A DNA stretch of 63,931 nt, the filler included, from Octopus bimaculoides (Eukaryota): assembly GCF_001194135.2 (NCBI RefSeq). It is 7 parts of 6 records of this genome, joined end to end, with 100 filler letters (N's around TTAATTAATTAA, not from the genome) between each part and the next. Parts side by side here need not be neighbours in the genome. Positions count along the whole stretch, not along the records: positions 59,644 to 62,129 come from NW_026320818.1; positions 62,230 to 63,931 come from NW_026403107.1; 5 more parts are not named here. One strand, 5' to 3'. The position numbers were made by a program, and so were the translations under genes. Each line of letters starts with the position of its first letter. Position 1 is the first letter of the stretch. The notes beneath the pieces were generated by a model. It was not told the DNA's origin, did no database searches, and saw nothing but the letters and a program-made list of their open reading frames with translations. Of this stretch, positions 59,829 to 63,931 are shown in pieces.

Positions 59829-61866
59829 GTATCTATCCATCCATCCATCCATACACCTATCTATATATCTATCTATCAGTTGTGATTTATCTGTAAGTCT
59901 ATCTTAAGCATTTAATCTCCTCAACCTTTTTGTCATACTCATATATTCCTCATGTCTAGAACGTTTGGCCATTCCCTATTATACTCGACTAAAATCGAAA
60001 CCTGTACGACAGCTGCCATTACGACAACCGCAATCTATACCAACACAACCACCGCCACCACCATCACCACAAACAACCACTGCCACCAAAAACACCACCA
60101 CAAACCACCACAAATACCACCACCACCACTACTGCTGCCACTATTGCTACTACGACTGACATATATACATGAACAAAACAGAATTTTTCCTTTGCAATTC
60201 CCGAACCGTCCGCAAAAACAAAGGAAGATCTTTAAAAAAAAAAATGGAGGGGCGCAGAAGGAGCGGCCAAAACATTCCGCTTCCGGGCAGCCAAAATGAA
60301 AGATGTCCCTAGGCAAATCTCCATACACACACATCTGACAAGCTTGCACCATACTATCCTACAAAACTAAAAACATGGCTGCGTTATGTTATATAGTGGA
60401 GAAAACGCAAATGCCGTCATTAACTAGAGCCGTGGACGGACAAACGGAGAGATAGAGAGATAGAGGGACACACGTACGGNNNNNNNNNNNNNNNNNNNNN
60501 NNNNNNNNNNNNNNNNNNNNNNNNNNNNNNNNNNNNNNNNNNNNNNNNNNNNNNNNNNNNNNNNNNNNNNNNNNNNNNNNNNNNNNNNNNNNNNNNNNNN
60601 NNNNNNNNNNNNNNNNNNNNNNNNNNNNNNNNNNNNNNNNNNNNNNNNNNNNNNNNNNNNNNNNNNNNNNNNNNNNNNNNNNNNNNNNNNNNNNNNNNNN
60701 NNNNNNNNNNNNNNNNNNNNNNNNNNNNNNNNNNNNNNNNNNNNNNNNNNNNNNNNNNNNNNNNNNNNNNNNNNNNNNNNNNNNNNNNNNNNNNNNNNNN
60801 NNNNNNNNNNNNNNNNNNNNNNNNNNNNNNNNNNNNNNNNNNNNNNNNNNNNNNNNNNNNNNNNNNNNNNNNNNNNNNNNNNNNNNNNNNNNNNNNNNNN
60901 NNNNNNNNNNNNNNNNNNNNNNNNNNNNNNNNNNNNNNNNNNNNNNNNNNNNNNNNNNNNNNNNNNNNNNNNNNNNNNNNNNNNNNNNNNNNNNNNNNNN
61001 NNNNNNNNNNNNNNNNNNNNNNNNNNNNNNNNNNNNNNNNNNNNNNNNNNNNNNNNNNNNNNNNNNNNNNNNNNNNNNNNNNNNNNNNNNNNNNNNNNNN
61101 NNNNNNNNNNNNNNNNNNNNNNNNNNNNNNNNNNNNNNNNNNNNNNNNNNNNNNNNNNNNNNNNNNNNNNNNNNNNNNNNNNNNNNNNNNNNNNNNNNNN
61201 NNNNNNNNNNNNNNNNNNNNNNNNNNNNNNNNNNNNNNNNNNNNNNNNNNNNNNNNNNNNNNNNNNNNNNNNNNNNNNNNNNNNNNNNNNNNNNNNNNNN
61301 NNNNNNNNNNNNNNNNNNNNNNNNNNNNNNNNNNNNNNNNNNNNNNNNNNNNNNNNNNNNNNNNNNNNNNNNNNNNGTGGTGGTGGTGGTAATGGTGATG
61401 ATGATGGCGACGGCATTGATTGTCTTGCTGTTGTTGTTGTTGTTGTTGTTGTTATTGGTTATGATGACGATGAGGATGATGATGATGATGATGTGAATTT
61501 CACTTTTTCGCTCTCCCATTCTTTCTTGTTCCCTTTTTTCTTTTCCCTGTTTTTCTTTTTTTTTTTCTGCTTTTGGTTTTTCTTCGAAAAGTCTGATGGT
61601 TCTCTGTGTTTCTACCATTTTCTTTCTCCATGTTTTTGCCATCTTGTCACACCAATCTGCCCTAAAGCTATGGCCACTGGCTAACACCAACCAATATTTA
61701 CTCACAAACACTTATACACACACCAACACGCACACACACACATATATATACACCTATATATATACATATATATATATATACACACACACATATACATGTA
61801 TTATAGAAGTATATATGTACATTCATCTATCCATAATCTGTATGTATATACTAGTGTATTATATAT

Positions 61867-61914
<48 letters not shown>

Positions 61915-62229
61915 GTAGATAGAGGGTTTAGACACCAGGGGAGAGACAAAGAAAAGAGGAGAGAAAAGAAAGAGGAAAATAAATTAAATAAGAGAGAAAA
62001 AGAAGTAAAAATATAGAGAGGAAGGAAGGAAAAACGAAGGAGGGGACACAAAAAAGGGAAGCAAAGAACACAGCTGAAAAAGAAAGAAAGAAAGATGGTA
62101 AGAAAGAAAGAAAGATGGTAAGAAAGAAANNNNNNNNNNNNNNNNNNNNNNNNNNNNNNNNNNNNNNNNNNNNTTAATTAATTAANNNNNNNNNNNNNNN
62201 NNNNNNNNNNNNNNNNNNNNNNNNNNNNN

Positions 62230-62557
62230 AGCTGACCATGTGAGAAGCAAGGTTGAAGGAGGTTAAGTCCCACCACCTTCTGAGATTGACCTTGTGCTTT
62301 GTTGATAGACATTGCAAAGCTAAGTTTGACCGGAAACTGCAGTCTCTTGAACTGAAAGGGGAGATCATTTGAAATGAGTGGTGAGATCATTTGAAATGAG
62401 AGGTATCCTTGGAATGAAGACATTGTCACCCATCATGTTGCCTGTAATTATTGTTGCTTCCAACACATGGGGCATGGCTGTTTTAACAACCAACCTTGTT
62501 CCATTGCAGAGTCTGGGTGCATCAAGGTTTCTTAATAGCATTATGGGAGCACCTATT
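62230..62557 (-). mobile_element. Helitron RepHel PIF1-type helicase C-terminal fragment
   Basis: Minus strand IGAPIMLLRNLDAPRLCNGTRLVV..VFIPRIPLISND / LPFQFKRLQFPVKLSFAMSINKAQGQS..GLNL..PCFSHGQ; both ends in gaps. Confidence 0.92.
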
Positions 62558-63145
62558 NNNNNNNNNNNNNNNNNNNNNNNNNNNNNNNNNNNNNNNNNNN
62601 NNNNNNNNNNNNNNNNNNNNNNNNNNNNNNNNNNNNNNNNNNNNNNNNNNNNNNNNNNNNNNNNNNNNNNNNNNNNNNNNNNNNNNNNNNNNNNNNNNNN
62701 NNNNNNNNNNNNNNNNNNNNNNNNNNNNNNNNNNNNNNNNNNNNNNNNNNNNNNNNNNNNNNNNNNNNNNNNNNNNNNNNNNNNNNNNNNNNNNNNNNNN
62801 NNNNNNNNNNNNNNNNNNNNNNNNNNNNNNNNNNNNNNNNNNNNNNNNNNNNNNNNNNNNNNNNNNNNNNNNNNNNNNNNNNNNNNNNNNNNNNNNNNNN
62901 NNNNNNNNNNNNNNNNNNNNNNNNNNNNNNNNNNNNNNNNNNNNNNNNNNNNNNNNNNNNNNNNNNNNNNNNNNNNNNNNNNNNNNNNNNNNNNNNNNNN
63001 NNNNNNNNNNNNNNNNNNNNNNNNNNNNNNNNNNNNNNNNNNNNNNNNNNNNNNNNNNNNNNNNNNNNNNNNNNNNNNNNNNNNNNNNNNNNNNNNNNNN
63101 NNNNNNNNNNNNNNNNNNNNNNNNNNNNNNNNNNNNNNNNNNNNA

Positions 63146-63545
63146 CCCCTTCGTCAGAGGATCCTATGGGCCTTCCGTCGTCTCCAGCTGGATCCCACCA
63201 CCTGCCCTATTTTCCCAACTCACTGGTTCCAATCAGCACACTCTTTGCATCATAAATTCCTTCTCTTGCACCTCTTCTAGCCTCGTATTAGATGCAACCT
63301 CTGTGGTAAACTATATGTAGGTCAGACGGGCCGCCGACTGGTTCACTGAACATCTAAGGGATGTTCGGCTATGTTCAAACACCCCCGTCACCCATCACTT
63401 CCGCTTGGCCGACCACTCCCTCTCTAACATCTCTGTCTTTGGCCTCACTCTGCATCACGAATCCACACACTCACGACTCCGCCTGAAACAGCGGTATATT
63501 TTTAATCTATGAACAACTATCCCCTTCAGACTAAACACAACCCCC
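63146..63545 (+). mobile_element. PLE GIY-YIG endonuclease fragment (third subfamily)
   Basis: INSFSCTSSSLV..IRCNLCGKLYVGQTGRRL..FTEHLRDV..PVTHHF...HSLSNISVFGL...RLRLKQRYIFNL.T..P.RLN. Confidence 0.88.
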
Positions 63546-63931
63546 TCCTCCAAATGACTACCTCTACACCTCCTGCCACTAAGAAACCTTATTTCATTTT
63601 TTGTTTTTAATTGCTCCATTTTATATTGCATTAACTTCCTTATCCCCTTTCAACCTTAATTTATTATAATTTTTATTTCTATATACACACACACATACGT
63701 ACATATCCACACACATGAAAAAATACACGCACCCATACACACTCATGAATGCACATATACCTCCCACACACATACTTCCATACACATGCACATGCACATG
63801 CACACACGCATGCATACACACACACCTACAGACACCCATGCGCACACACATGCATGCCCACACATACACAAATGCACACAAACATGCATAAACATACACA
63901 TGTACACACAAACACATACACATACATACTC

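Noticed and set aside
61596-61690. Hydrophobic ORF MVLCVSTIFFLHVFAILSH as a possible NOX4 exon 7/8
   Set aside because: Lacks the PG.TG and FWYTH motifs; the nearby acceptor gives a stop in the required phase.

Overview
Repeat-dense, gap-rich invertebrate DNA. The SINE families and extreme microsatellite load suggest an octopus-like cephalopod (inference). The ORF track misses the one clear host gene: five + strand exons (40827-40922, 41943-42056, 43003-43087, 47684-47781, 49472-49499) splice in frame into the N-terminal transmembrane part of an NADPH oxidase 4 (NOX4) orthologue. Its first coding exon and later exons are not visible. The rest is decayed transposable elements: six Penelope-like (PLE) fragments (one RT, five GIY-YIG), Dong/R4-like, HERO-like and Tx1-like LINE pieces, Tc1 and mariner transposases, a Helitron helicase piece, many tRNA-SINEs and a 5S rRNA fragment. 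The most striking unannotated signal is a set of minimal type-I hammerhead ribozyme motifs with palindromic stem III (dimer type). One has an intact core and sits inside a tRNA-headed SINE-like element carrying a 21-nt antisense copy of the ribozyme core. Others lie next to GIY-YIG fragments or at the centre of a 350-bp inverted repeat. A CpG-rich palindromic satellite with internal strand flips occurs at two sites. All alignments were done by eye; coordinates of decayed elements are approximate.
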